UHGV virus genome: UHGV-0130975
Length of the DNA stretch: 35,599 bases
Direction: 5' to 3' (one strand)
Origin: a virus
A program made the position numbers and the translations under genes. Positions within the stretch are counted from its first letter, which is position 1; each line of letters starts with the position of its first letter. The notes under the pieces are model-generated. The model saw only the letters and a program-made list of their open reading frames with translations. It had not been told where the DNA came from and searched no databases. This document shows, piece by piece, positions 28,878-35,599 of this stretch.

Positions 28878-29150
28878 CTACCTGCCTTGACGAAAGACCT
28901 TAAGAACATCGTTAAACTGACTTACGGATATGTCTTCTTTGAGCAGCTTTTCCAGAAATGCGTTTGGAATGAACGTATACCCCTCCTCTTTTGGTAGAGA
29001 CGGGAGCAACGCCCTCGCCTCAGCCTTCAGAAGCTCAGTTCTGGCAACTTTCACAAAAGATATTTGAGTTCTTTCATCAATGGAACGAAGGAAGCGCAAA
29101 CGCTTAGCTTCTTTGTGTGTATCAGGTGGATTAAAGCCTTTGTTTCGCAT
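28878..29150 (-). CDS. Hypothetical protein (90 aa) between cII and the initiator gene
   Basis: ATG 29150 with GAGGT 7 nt upstream; the ORF-track upstream extension overlaps cII in another frame and is rejected. Confidence 0.5.
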   Translation of the reverse strand: MRNKGFNPPDTHKEAKRLRFLRSIDERTQISFVKVARTELLKAEARALLPSLPKEEGYTFIPNAFLEKLLKEDISVSQFNDVLKVFRQGR

Positions 29151-29172
29151 ATAATTACCTCGCTGGATGTTG

Positions 29173-29466
29173 TTAAAATTCCATTTGTATTTGATCAGAA
29201 CGCTCGGTTGCCGCCGGGCGTTTTTTATTGGTGAGAATCGAAGCAACTTGTCGTGCCAATCGGGCCATGTCGTCGTCAACGACACCCCATTCAAGAACAG
29301 CAAGCAGCATTGAGAACTTTGGAATCCAGTCCCTCTTCCACCTGCTGATCTGCGACTTATCAACTCCCACAGCTTCCGCTGTTTTCTCAGTTCCAAGCAT
29401 TGCGATTTTGTTAAGCAACGCACTCTCGATTCTTAGAGCCTCGTTGCGTTTGTTTGCACGAACCAT
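29173..29466 (-). CDS. cII: Transcriptional activator CII (97 aa)
   Basis: MVRANKRNEALRIESALLNKIAMLGTEKTAEAVGVDKSQISRWKRDWIPKFSMLLAVLEWGVVDDDMARLARQVASILTNKKRPAATERSDQIQMEF recalled as near-identical to lambda CII. Confidence 0.95.
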   Translation of the reverse strand: MVRANKRNEALRIESALLNKIAMLGTEKTAEAVGVDKSQISRWKRDWIPKFSMLLAVLEWGVVDDDMARLARQVASILTNKKRPAATERSDQIQMEF

Positions 29467-29525
29467 ATGTAAGTATTTCCTTAGCAAATAAGAAGTTATG
29501 CGCATCAACTTATGCGCGTTGTATT

Positions 29526-29568
29526 CCCGCATTTCGGCGGGAATGAGGACCATGACTGTTAAAGAGCG
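29526..29568 (-). promoter_or_regulatory. nutR (boxA plus boxB hairpin)
   Basis: Minus-strand RNA CGCUCUUUAACA (boxA) followed by CCCGC-CGAAAU-GCGGG (boxB), identical to the boxB upstream of the N-like gene; lies between cro and cII. Confidence 0.75.
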
Positions 29569-29575
29569 GTGTTAC

Positions 29576-29800
29576 TTATGCTGCCTGATTCGGTTTTGGA
29601 AACAGGTGTGGCAAATCGGGGCGAATTTCGTAAGCCTTGATCTGCCCTCCAGTGGCGTTAACGATGGCGGTAACTTTCTCTGGAGAGACCAACCCGCCTT
29701 TCAGCCATTTGTGTACTGCTGGCTGCGTTACACCACACTTGTCGGCAAGGCGCTTTTGGCTACCGACAATTTTCAAGGCTCGTTGAATTACTAAATTCAT
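29576..29800 (-). CDS. cro: Cro-type repressor (74 aa)
   Basis: Start at MNLVIQ (ATG 29800) with AGAGGT 6 nt upstream; HTH (QKRLADKCGVTQPAVHKWLKG); divergent from cI across a three-operator region. Unlike lambda Cro, so a different immunity specificity. Confidence 0.8.
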   Translation of the reverse strand: MNLVIQRALKIVGSQKRLADKCGVTQPAVHKWLKGGLVSPEKVTAIVNATGGQIKAYEIRPDLPHLFPKPNQAA

Positions 29801-29826
29801 GAGCATACCTCTTGTGGTCATTACTT

Positions 29827-29911
29827 ATAACCAAAGATAACTCAAGTTATAAAAAATAGCAATAACCTTTGTTATTTTACTTTGGATAACCGTAGTTATA
29901 GATTTGTGGGT
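29827..29911. promoter_or_regulatory. OR region: three operators (ATAAC-N4-GTTAT) with divergent pR (minus) and pRM (plus)
   Basis: Palindromes GATAACtcaaGTTATA (29836-29851), AATAACctttGTTATT (29861-29876) and GATAACcgtaGTTATA (29885-29900), spaced 24-25 bp centre to centre. Minus-strand pR candidate: -35 TTGCTA (29857-29862), -10 TATCTT (29834-29839). Confidence 0.7.
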
Positions 29912-30619
29912 ATGAAAACATTCGCAGAAAGACTAAATGCAGCCATGAGCTCAGCAGGGGTATCACAATCACAGCTTGCTGACATGGTTGGAATATCTCA
30001 GCCAGCCATACAGAAGATGTCGTCCGGTAAAACAAACGGATCTCGCAAGATGGTTGAATTAGCCAATGCTTTAAAAGTGCGCCCTGAATGGCTTAGTTCT
30101 GGTATTGGTGAAATGAGGGATGGTGCACATGAAGAACCATCCAATGTCCGTGAGTCATCTTTAAAAGCTGTGGTATGGGAAGACATTAAAAGAAACGATG
30201 ACGAGTTTGTTGCGTTGCCTCTTCTTAACGTTTCGCTTTCAGCTGGAAGCGGTAGCTGCGAGCTAGAGGAATCATCGGAGTTCTCTTTGGTTTTCAGAAA
30301 GCACTATCTGAAAAAGATGGGAGTATCTGAAAGATCAGCCAAGCTAGTTAGGGTTGTAGGGCAAAGCATGGAACCAACGCTTCACGATGGCGATGTTGTT
30401 GGTGTTAACACGCAAGATACCACCATCAGAGATGGTAAAACCTACGCTATTTGCCAGTCTGATTTGTTACGAGTAAAAACATTAATCGCCACCCCTACAT
30501 CGGTGATAATCAGATCAATAAATCGCGAAGAGTACCCGGATGAAGTAATGGATAGAGATGAATTTCATGAAACCGTAAGGATTATTGGCAGAGTATTCTG
30601 GTCGTCTCATAGTTGGTAA
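29912..30619 (+). CDS. cI: CI prophage repressor (LexA-like autocleaving, 235 aa)
   Basis: N-terminal HTH (VSQSQLADMVGISQPAIQKM); C-terminal S24 peptidase domain with a likely Ala-Gly cleavage site (SLSAGSG) and Ser/Lys dyad context (VVGQSMEPTL ... KTLI). Start chosen at ATG 29912 (leaderless-like, as for lambda cI from pRM); ORF-track start 29882 lies inside OR3. Confidence 0.9.
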   Translation: MKTFAERLNAAMSSAGVSQSQLADMVGISQPAIQKMSSGKTNGSRKMVELANALKVRPEWLSSGIGEMRDGAHEEPSNVRESSLKAVVWEDIKRNDDEFVALPLLNVSLSAGSGSCELEESSEFSLVFRKHYLKKMGVSERSAKLVRVVGQSMEPTLHDGDVVGVNTQDTTIRDGKTYAICQSDLLRVKTLIATPTSVIIRSINREEYPDEVMDRDEFHETVRIIGRVFWSSHSW

Positions 30620-30659
30620 CCGATAATCAGAAGAAGACTTACGGAAGTGCGGAGGGATA

Positions 30660-30956
30660 ATGGAATTTCTGATAGTTTTTGTTGTTGTTTTGGTCATCAT
30701 TCTTTTTGTTTTGCTAAGCATTAGTAAAAAGCTATCTCAAGTGATTGAACATAGCTCTAATCGCGCAAAAGAAGAAGAGCATCTAATTGATATAAAAGAG
30801 ATTCTCTCTGATATAAAAATCACATTAGATGAAATAAAATACACAACAGATCTAATTGAACAGTATAAAATACCAACCCCAAACGAGAGAAAAGCAATAG
30901 ATCAATATCGTATTGACTTAGAAATCGACGAAATGCTAAGCAAAAGAAAAGACTAA
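30660..30956 (+). CDS. Small single-pass membrane protein with charged coiled-coil tail (98 aa); low-GC moron downstream of cI
   Basis: ATG 30660 with GGAGGG 5 nt upstream; N-terminal TM helix (FLIVFVVVLVIILFVLLSI); strongly AT-rich compared with cI; own terminator downstream. Occupies the lambda rexAB position. Confidence 0.65.
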   Translation: MEFLIVFVVVLVIILFVLLSISKKLSQVIEHSSNRAKEEEHLIDIKEILSDIKITLDEIKYTTDLIEQYKIPTPNERKAIDQYRIDLEIDEMLSKRKD

Positions 30957-30989
30957 AAACACCCGGCCTCAGCGCCGGGTTTTCTTTTC
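30957..30989 (+). terminator. Rho-independent terminator after the cI-moron operon
   Basis: ACACCCGGC-CTCAGC-GCCGGGT hairpin followed by TTTTCTTTTCC. Confidence 0.75.
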
Positions 30990-31110
30990 CTGCCGTTCAC
31001 CACCCAATCACCCATCATCATCATAGACAAGCATCAAGCCAAAGGTAACACCTTCACCCCGCACGCAAGCCCTCAAACACCAATCAATCAGCAACATTTA
31101 CAAAAATAAA

Positions 31111-31195
31111 ATACCTTTGTTATCCATCACTTATAACTTATTTACCACAAAATATAAATTAGGTTATTGACCACACCTATAACCTAAGTTATCTT
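31111..31195 (+). promoter_or_regulatory. OL/pL region: operator(s) of the same ATAAC-N4-GTTAT family and pL promoter
   Basis: TATAACctaaGTTATC palindrome (31178-31193) and weaker related sites (ATACCtttgTTATC 31111-31124; CTTATAAC 31130-31137). pL candidate: -35 TTGACC (31167-31172), -10 TATCTT (31190-31195). Architecture parallels pR. Confidence 0.6.
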
Positions 31196-31241
31196 TAAGC
31201 CATCAGCAGGACGCTGGTAGCCAAACGGAACAGATTGGCAG

Positions 31242-31281
31242 GCTCTTTAACATTGATGGGATTGTCCCGCCGAAATGCGGG
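31242..31281 (+). promoter_or_regulatory. nutL (boxA plus boxB hairpin)
   Basis: GCTCTTTAACA (31242-31252) followed by CCCGC-CGAAAT-GCGGG (31266-31281), identical to nutR boxB. Confidence 0.75.
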
Positions 31282-31640
31282 AACTGAGTTTAACCAAACA
31301 GGAGGTGCCGTAATGGTGCACTAACGCGGTTAGACCGCAGCCGAAAGGCAATGCAGCAGTAATGATGCTGCCCCGAGTCGCGTAATGGCGAGCAGGTTTA
31401 GCAGACCGATGTGAGGGTAAATAAGGGAACATGCTCCGGAAAGGCAGCGCGAATGCCAGACGCGCACCGGTTATCAGCGGCTAATAAGCGACAGAGACTC
31501 AAGGGCATGAGCGCGCTCACTGCGAGAGTGTGAGTCAAAGAGTAGTTGGCTTTGGGGTGACGTGAAGTGCAGCTGCACGACGGCAACCGGAAGATAAGCA
31601 CCCGGCGCGTCACCACCAAAGTCAATCATCGGAGGTCAAC

Positions 31641-31913
31641 ATGACAGTAGTCATTACATATCTGGCTGACGATAACGCCAGAAATCGCCGCAGAGCACGC
31701 AGGCAGGCTCAACGTGAACAGGCAATGCAAGAGCAGAGACTTGCGCGAAAAATTGCGCTAAAGATCTCTAGTTGCGTCAGAGCAGACAAAGCAGCATCAC
31801 TCGGAAGCCTTCGCTGCAAGAAGGCAGATGAATGCAGTGGAAGTATTTGCCTGCCAAACGTAGCCATTTACGCGGCAGGCTACCGGAAATCAAAACAACT
31901 GACAGCAAGATGA
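31641..31913 (+). CDS. N: N-like transcription antiterminator (90 aa; phage 21 / P22 gp24 type)
   Basis: GGAGG 5 nt upstream; arginine-rich motif (NARNRRRARRQAQREQ); C-terminal ...LPNVAIYAAGYRKSKQLTAR recalled as close to P22 gp24. Confidence 0.85.
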   Translation: MTVVITYLADDNARNRRRARRQAQREQAMQEQRLARKIALKISSCVRADKAASLGSLRCKKADECSGSICLPNVAIYAAGYRKSKQLTAR

Positions 31914-31971
31914 CTTGTGTTGGTCGCCAGAAAATGAAATTAGGCAGCAAACCACTTATTTGAGGTGAGAT

Positions 31972-32058
31972 ATGGAAGAAGAATTTGAAGAGTTCGAAGA
32001 GCATCCGCAGGATGTGATGGAACAATACCAGGACTATCCGTATGACTACGACTATTGA
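31972..32058 (+). CDS. Candidate micro-ORF: 28-aa highly acidic peptide (MEEEFEEFEEHPQDVMEQYQDYPYDYDY)
   Basis: ATG 31972 with GAGGTGAG upstream; 12 of 28 residues are Asp/Glu and there are 5 Tyr; 3' end overlaps the ral start by 17 nt in a different frame. Confidence 0.3.
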   Translation: MEEEFEEFEEHPQDVMEQYQDYPYDYDY

Positions 32059-32242
32059 TAAAAATCAATGGTGTGGACAATTCAAGCGATGCAATGGATG
32101 CAAGCTGCAATCGGAATGCATGGTTAAGCCTGAAGAAATGTTCCCTGTAATGGAGGATGGGAAATATGTCGATAAATGGGCAATACGAACGACGGCAATG
32201 ATTGCCAGAGAACTTGGTAAACAGAATAACAAGGCTGCCTGA
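32042..32242 (+). CDS. ral: Restriction alleviation protein Ral (66 aa)
   Basis: MTTTIDKNQWCGQFKRCNGCKLQSECMVKPEEMFPVMEDGKYVDKWAIRTTAMIARELGKQNNKAA recalled as lambda Ral. Confidence 0.9.
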   Translation: MTTTIDKNQWCGQFKRCNGCKLQSECMVKPEEMFPVMEDGKYVDKWAIRTTAMIARELGKQNNKAA

Positions 32243-32417
32243 TGGTGGCCTTTATTTTTGGCATAAACAACAGAATAAACACTGCGCTGTGTATTCATTC
32301 CAACGAGTGAATACACGGAGCAATGTCGCTCGTAACTAAACAGGAGCCGACTTGTTCTGATTATTGGAAATCTTCTTTGCCCTCCAGTGTGAGGGCAATT
32401 TTTTTGACGGAGGATAT

Positions 32418-33386
32418 ATGAGTGAAGTAACAGATTTAGTTGTTATTGAAAAAGCAAATGCAATGACTGTATTTCAGTCTGCCGACCAGATTGAAGAAAT
32501 CCTTCAAAAGGTTGAACGTGAAGTTATGTCCTTTGTGCCTGATATCACAACGGCAAAGGGCAGAAAGGAGATCGCTTCTCTGGCGTATAAAGTTGCGCAG
32601 ACGAAAACATATCTCGATGGTCTTGGCAAAGACCTTGTTGCTGAACTGAAGGAAATTCCAAAGCTAATTGATGCCAACCGCAAGACAGTGCGCGATCGCC
32701 TTGATGAACTGAAAGCCAAGGCGCGCCAGCCTCTTACTGATTATGAGGAGGAGCAGGCACGGATTAAAGCCGAAGAAGAAGCTAAGGCAGCAGCTGAAGC
32801 TCTCGCAAAGCAAATTGAGTCTGACCATGAAATAGCGATTTTGATGGATCGCGAATTTGACCGCCAAAGAGAAGAGGCAAGACTCAAAGCGGAGCAGGAA
32901 AAGCGAGAGCATGAAGAACGCTTAAAAAGAGAAGCTGAAGAGAAAGCCAGAGCAGAAGCCGAAGCAAAGGCAAAAGCCGAAATTGAAGCAGCAGCAAGGC
33001 GAGAAGCAGAAGCTAAGGCCGCAGCGGAACGTGCAGAGCGTGAACGCATTGAAGCCGAGCAACGAGCACAGCGCGAAGCAAAAGAGGCAGCAGAACGAGC
33101 TGAAAGAGAAAAGCAGGCAGCAATTGAAGCAGAACGCAGAAAAGCACAGGAGGAGGCTGAACGAATCCGTCGCGAGGCTGAAGCAAAAGAGCAAGCCAGA
33201 ATAGCAGAAGAAAAAAGAATCAAGGACGAAGAAGAGCGTAGAGCAAAGGATAAAGCTCACCGGAAAGAAGTAAATAACAAAATACTTGCTGACCTTATCA
33301 AGGTTGGCGCATCAGAAGATGTTGCTAAAAATATCATAACAGCCATCGTAAAAGGCGAAGTATTCGCAACAAAAATAACCTACTAA
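32418..33386 (+). CDS. Hypothetical protein with about 150-aa E/K/R/A-rich predicted single alpha-helix/coiled-coil core (322 aa)
   Basis: ATG 32418 with GGAGGA upstream; globular N-terminal about 110 aa, central EAEAKAKAEIEAAARREAEAKAAAERAERERIEAEQRAQREAKEAAERAEREKQAAIEAERRKAQEEAERIRREAEAK, globular C-terminal about 45 aa. Antisense ORFs in the track over this region are low-complexity artefacts. Confidence 0.7.
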   Translation: MSEVTDLVVIEKANAMTVFQSADQIEEILQKVEREVMSFVPDITTAKGRKEIASLAYKVAQTKTYLDGLGKDLVAELKEIPKLIDANRKTVRDRLDELKAKARQPLTDYEEEQARIKAEEEAKAAAEALAKQIESDHEIAILMDREFDRQREEARLKAEQEKREHEERLKREAEEKARAEAEAKAKAEIEAAARREAEAKAAAERAERERIEAEQRAQREAKEAAERAEREKQAAIEAERRKAQEEAERIRREAEAKEQARIAEEKRIKDEEERRAKDKAHRKEVNNKILADLIKVGASEDVAKNIITAIVKGEVFATKITY

Positions 33387-33410
33387 TAAAACCAACATAA
33401 GGAACCACCC

Positions 33411-33542
33411 ATGATTTACGCAATCGCGGGAGGCGCTCGCATGGGTGCCTTCCAACTAAATGAATCTTTACTTGAACGAATCACCCGTAAATTACGTGAC
33501 GGATGGAAAAGAGTTGAGGTCTTATTATGCGCAATGAAATAG
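33411..33542 (+). CDS. cIII: CIII-like protein (43 aa; FtsH inhibitor)
   Basis: Not in the ORF track. AAGGA 7 nt upstream; MIYAIAGGARMGAFQLNESLLERITRKLRDGWKRV... resembles lambda CIII (MQYAIAG...ESLLERITRKLRDGWKRL) from memory. Confidence 0.8.
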   Translation: MIYAIAGGARMGAFQLNESLLERITRKLRDGWKRVEVLLCAMK

Positions 33543-33679
33543 CCATCAATCACCAGATGCTTCGTGCAGCACAGAACAAAGCAGTAATAGCCAGATTTAT
33601 TGGTGATTCAAAAATGTGGATTGAAGCAAATAAAGCGATGAAATCAGCTATCAACCTTCCGTGGTATCGCAGGAAATGA
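33527..33679 (+). CDS. kil: Kil-like small protein (50 aa)
   Basis: Not in the ORF track. GAGG upstream; position immediately after cIII; FIGDSKMW motif recalled as resembling lambda Kil. Function not asserted. Confidence 0.5.
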   Translation: MRNEIAINHQMLRAAQNKAVIARFIGDSKMWIEANKAMKSAINLPWYRRK

Positions 33680-33754
33680 GTTTTACAGATAACTGGTCAG
33701 ACGAAGAATTCATTCGTCAGATGAAAGAATTAATCGGTAACGAAGGAGATATTC

Positions 33755-33925
33755 ATGTCACTTGCAACCACAGTGAAGGAGAGCAAGTTACAGAGACGCA
33801 TGTACACGCAGCAGGCGTTAATGTATCGCCAGAAGGGAGATCGTGAAGGTGTTCGCGTATTTTTAAATGCGGCAAAGACTGAAGTATTAAATCAGCGTTA
33901 TTTCCTTGGGCCATGTCCATTCTGA
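33755..33925 (+). CDS. Small protein (56 aa) immediately upstream of erf, Arf-like by position
   Basis: ATG 33755 with AGGAG 6 nt upstream; ends 10 nt before erf. Competes with the overlapping ORF-track frame 33676-33846; this frame has the better RBS. Confidence 0.45.
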   Translation: MSLATTVKESKLQRRMYTQQALMYRQKGDREGVRVFLNAAKTEVLNQRYFLGPCPF

Positions 33926-33935
33926 GAACAATCAT

Positions 33936-34541
33936 ATGAGCAAAGAATTTTACGCAAGACTGGCAGCTATTCAGGAGAATCTGAACGCGCCAAAGAATCA
34001 GTACAACTCATTCGGAAAATATAAATACAGAAGCTGCGAAGACATTCTTGAAGGCGTTAAGCCGTTACTGAATGGCCTGTTTTTATCAATCAGCGATGAA
34101 GTTGTGTTGATTGGTGATCGGTATTATGTGAAAGCCACGGCAACTATTACCGATGGCGAAAACAGTCATACGGCAACCGCACTAGCACGAGAGGAAGAAA
34201 GCAAGAAAGGAATGGATTCTGCACAAGTTACGGGAGCTACAAGCTCTTATGCACGCAAGTATTGCCTCAATGGTTTGTTCGGCATAGATGATGCGAAAGA
34301 TGCAGATACAGACGAGCATAAACATCAGCAGAACGCAGCAGCAAAGCAATCAAAACCATCACCTACACCTGAACAGGTTCTAAAAGCATTCACTGACGCA
34401 GCAATGCAGAAAAACACCGTAGAAGAGCTTAAACAGGCGTTCGCCAAAGCGTGGAAGCTGCTCGAAGGCACACCGGAGCAGCACAAAGCGCAGGACGTTT
34501 ACAACATCAGACGAGACGAATTAGAAGGAGCGGCTGCTTAA
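33936..34541 (+). CDS. erf: Erf single-strand annealing recombinase (201 aa)
   Basis: MSKEFYARLAAIQENLNAPKNQYNSFGKYKYRSCEDILEGVKPLLNGLFLSISDEVVLIGDRYYVKATATITDGENSH... recalled as near-identical to the P22 Erf N-terminal domain. ORF-track start 33906 has no RBS. Confidence 0.95.
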   Translation: MSKEFYARLAAIQENLNAPKNQYNSFGKYKYRSCEDILEGVKPLLNGLFLSISDEVVLIGDRYYVKATATITDGENSHTATALAREEESKKGMDSAQVTGATSSYARKYCLNGLFGIDDAKDADTDEHKHQQNAAAKQSKPSPTPEQVLKAFTDAAMQKNTVEELKQAFAKAWKLLEGTPEQHKAQDVYNIRRDELEGAAA

Positions 34542-34924
34542 TGGCACATTCGATTACTGTAAGACTAAACAAGCCCGCAAGAGAGTTTCAGGCCGGGGAA
34601 AATATCGGATTCAACATCCGTGCTGGCGTTCAGTATTACGATCGCCAGACAAAAAAGAAAGAATGGACAAACTACAGCGCCGTTGTATTTGCCAAGCCGG
34701 GAGCGCAAGCGGATTACTACCGTAGTGTTCTTGTTGAAGGTGGCATTGTGGAAATTACCGGAGAAAACATCAGGGTTGATGTTTATCAGGGGCAAAATGG
34801 TCAATCAATCACTCTTGAATTACTGAATGCAAAGATTGGATTTGCAGCTTCAGGAAATGGCCCGCAGCAGCAAAGTAGTAACCAGCAGAACACTCCTGTA
34901 TACGACGATTCCATCCCATTCTGA
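34541..34924 (+). CDS. ssb: Single-stranded DNA-binding protein-like (127 aa) with SSB-type acidic tail
   Basis: ATG 34541 overlapping the erf stop (TAATG); OB-fold-like N-terminal region; Gln-rich linker and C-terminal ...PVYDDSIPF resembling the canonical SSB tail (DDDIPF). Confidence 0.7.
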   Translation: MAHSITVRLNKPAREFQAGENIGFNIRAGVQYYDRQTKKKEWTNYSAVVFAKPGAQADYYRSVLVEGGIVEITGENIRVDVYQGQNGQSITLELLNAKIGFAASGNGPQQQSSNQQNTPVYDDSIPF

Positions 34925-34947
34925 TTTAGAAAAATAAGGATTTAATT

Positions 34948-35244
34948 ATGCCAGCGCCTCTGTATGGTGCGGATGACCCGCGCCGCTGTTCCGGCAATTC
35001 CGTATCGGAGGTGCTGGATAAATTCAGAAAAAACTACGATCGGATAATGTCGCTACCGCAGGAAACGAAAGAGGAAAAGGAATTTCGCCACTGTATATGG
35101 CTTGCAGAGAAAGAAGAACGAGAGCGAATTTACCAGACATCAATCCGACCATTCCGCAAAGCCACATATACCCACTTCCCTGAATATATCGACCCACGCC
35201 TGCGTAATTACCGCTCACGCTATGGCGCTATCAGTAATGACTGA
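34948..35244 (+). CDS. Hypothetical protein (98 aa), possibly Abc2-like anti-RecBCD protein
   Basis: AAGGA 7 nt upstream; position just downstream of erf matches the P22 abc genes. Family name is an unverified recollection. Confidence 0.6.
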   Translation: MPAPLYGADDPRRCSGNSVSEVLDKFRKNYDRIMSLPQETKEEKEFRHCIWLAEKEERERIYQTSIRPFRKATYTHFPEYIDPRLRNYRSRYGAISND

Positions 35245-35254
35245 GGAATTAACA

Positions 35255-35545
35255 ATGAAAACAATGAAGCTAAACATCGACCTCGGAAAATACGTTATTA
35301 CCGGAACCAAACACGACCTGATTCTTAGCGAAAGAGGAATTATCAAAGAAGGCGAGAATGCAGGGAAAGAAACACTAAGTCGTATCGGTTATTACAGCAA
35401 GTTTGAGCATCTGGTCAAAGAGTTATGCAACCGTGAAATCCTGTTATCTCAGGCGCAGACGCTACAGGATATTCAGCAACATATCGAGACTTTAGGTGTG
35501 TCACTTAGCATGGCTATTGACAAGTTCGTGGAGAGTAAATCATGA
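35255..35545 (+). CDS. Hypothetical protein (96 aa)
   Basis: ATG 35255 with GAGG 8 nt upstream (MKTMKLNIDLGKYVITG...); the ORF-track upstream extension lacks an RBS. Confidence 0.55.
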   Translation: MKTMKLNIDLGKYVITGTKHDLILSERGIIKEGENAGKETLSRIGYYSKFEHLVKELCNREILLSQAQTLQDIQQHIETLGVSLSMAIDKFVESKS

Positions 35546-35599
35546 GAGGACTTGCATACAATCCCGGCATTCTTCCGGCAGAAATGATTATTCGCCAAC
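35541..35599 (+). CDS. 5' end of the next pL-operon gene (partial, MRGLAYNPGILPAEMIIRQ...)
   Basis: ATG 35541 overlapping the upstream stop (ATGA); continues beyond the window end. Confidence 0.35.

Noticed and set aside
29173-29553. Extended 126-aa version of cII and the 181-aa ORF 28878-29423
   Set aside because: The CII match begins at MVRANK (ATG 29466); upstream codons run through nutR. The 181-aa frame overlaps cII out of frame; only its distal 90 aa with its own RBS is retained.
31247-31625. Minus-strand ORFs 31247-31432 and 31398-31625 in the N leader
   Set aside because: Antisense to the pL transcript within the nutL-containing leader; no RBS, and the region is better explained as an untranslated leader.
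32504-33260. Several antisense and alternative-frame ORFs (32504-32719, 32664-32912, 32741-33223, 32922-33260)
   Set aside because: Produced by the low-complexity GAA/GCA-rich DNA encoding the E/K/R/A-rich helix; compositionally absurd proteins (poly-Ser/Ala/Cys/Phe) with no RBS.
33676-33846. 56-aa ORF MSFTDNWSDEEF... (ATGA-coupled to kil-like stop)
   Set aside because: Overlaps by about 90 nt the better-initiated 56-aa ORF at 33755-33925; only one is likely real. Kept as a low-probability alternative, not called.

Overview
This window is a near-complete stretch of a mosaic temperate lambdoid phage (almost certainly an integrated prophage of an Escherichia/Shigella/Salmonella-type host). Every call below is from reading the sequence and recalling protein families from memory; no database search was run.

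The window contains, left to right:
- 1-1293 (-): 5' part of a P22-type tailspike gene, truncated by the window edge.
- 1426-4063: an immI-like region with three ribbon-helix-helix repressors (Mnt-like, Arc-like, and a 106-aa RHH protein) flanking a two-gene antirepressor operon, plus a perfect 16-bp palindromic operator.
- 4080-5055: a low-GC three-gene moron (YjzC-like small protein, HExxH protein, membrane-anchored coiled-coil protein) in the position where P22 carries sieA.
- 5056-18864 (-): a complete P22-like morphogenesis operon (small and large terminase, portal, scaffold, coat, gp4, gp10, gp26, gp14, gp7, gp20, gp16).
- 18867-20420 (-): three accessory genes, one with a DUF2829 (Tad2-like) C-terminal domain.
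- 20520-23059 (-): a lambda-type late control and lysis cassette (Q, pR'/6S/tR', S, R, Rz/Rz1).
- 23056-26473 (-): a nin region (ninH, rusA, ybcO-like, rha, ninF, ninE, orphan Dam methyltransferase, ninB).
- 26555-29150 (-): replication genes (DnaB-type helicase, O-like initiator with internal ori iterons).
- 29173-31281: the immunity region (cII, nutR, cro, OR with three ATAAC-N4-GTTAT operators, cI, a low-GC membrane-protein moron, OL/pL, nutL).
- 31641-35599 (+): the pL operon (N-like antiterminator, ral, a 322-aa E/K/R/A-rich coiled-coil protein, cIII, kil-like, erf, ssb-like and others).

The most interesting candidates for undescribed function are the two low-GC morons (4080-5055 and 30660-30956), the DUF2829-domain protein, the large coiled-coil protein in the pL operon, and the unusual triple-RHH immI architecture.
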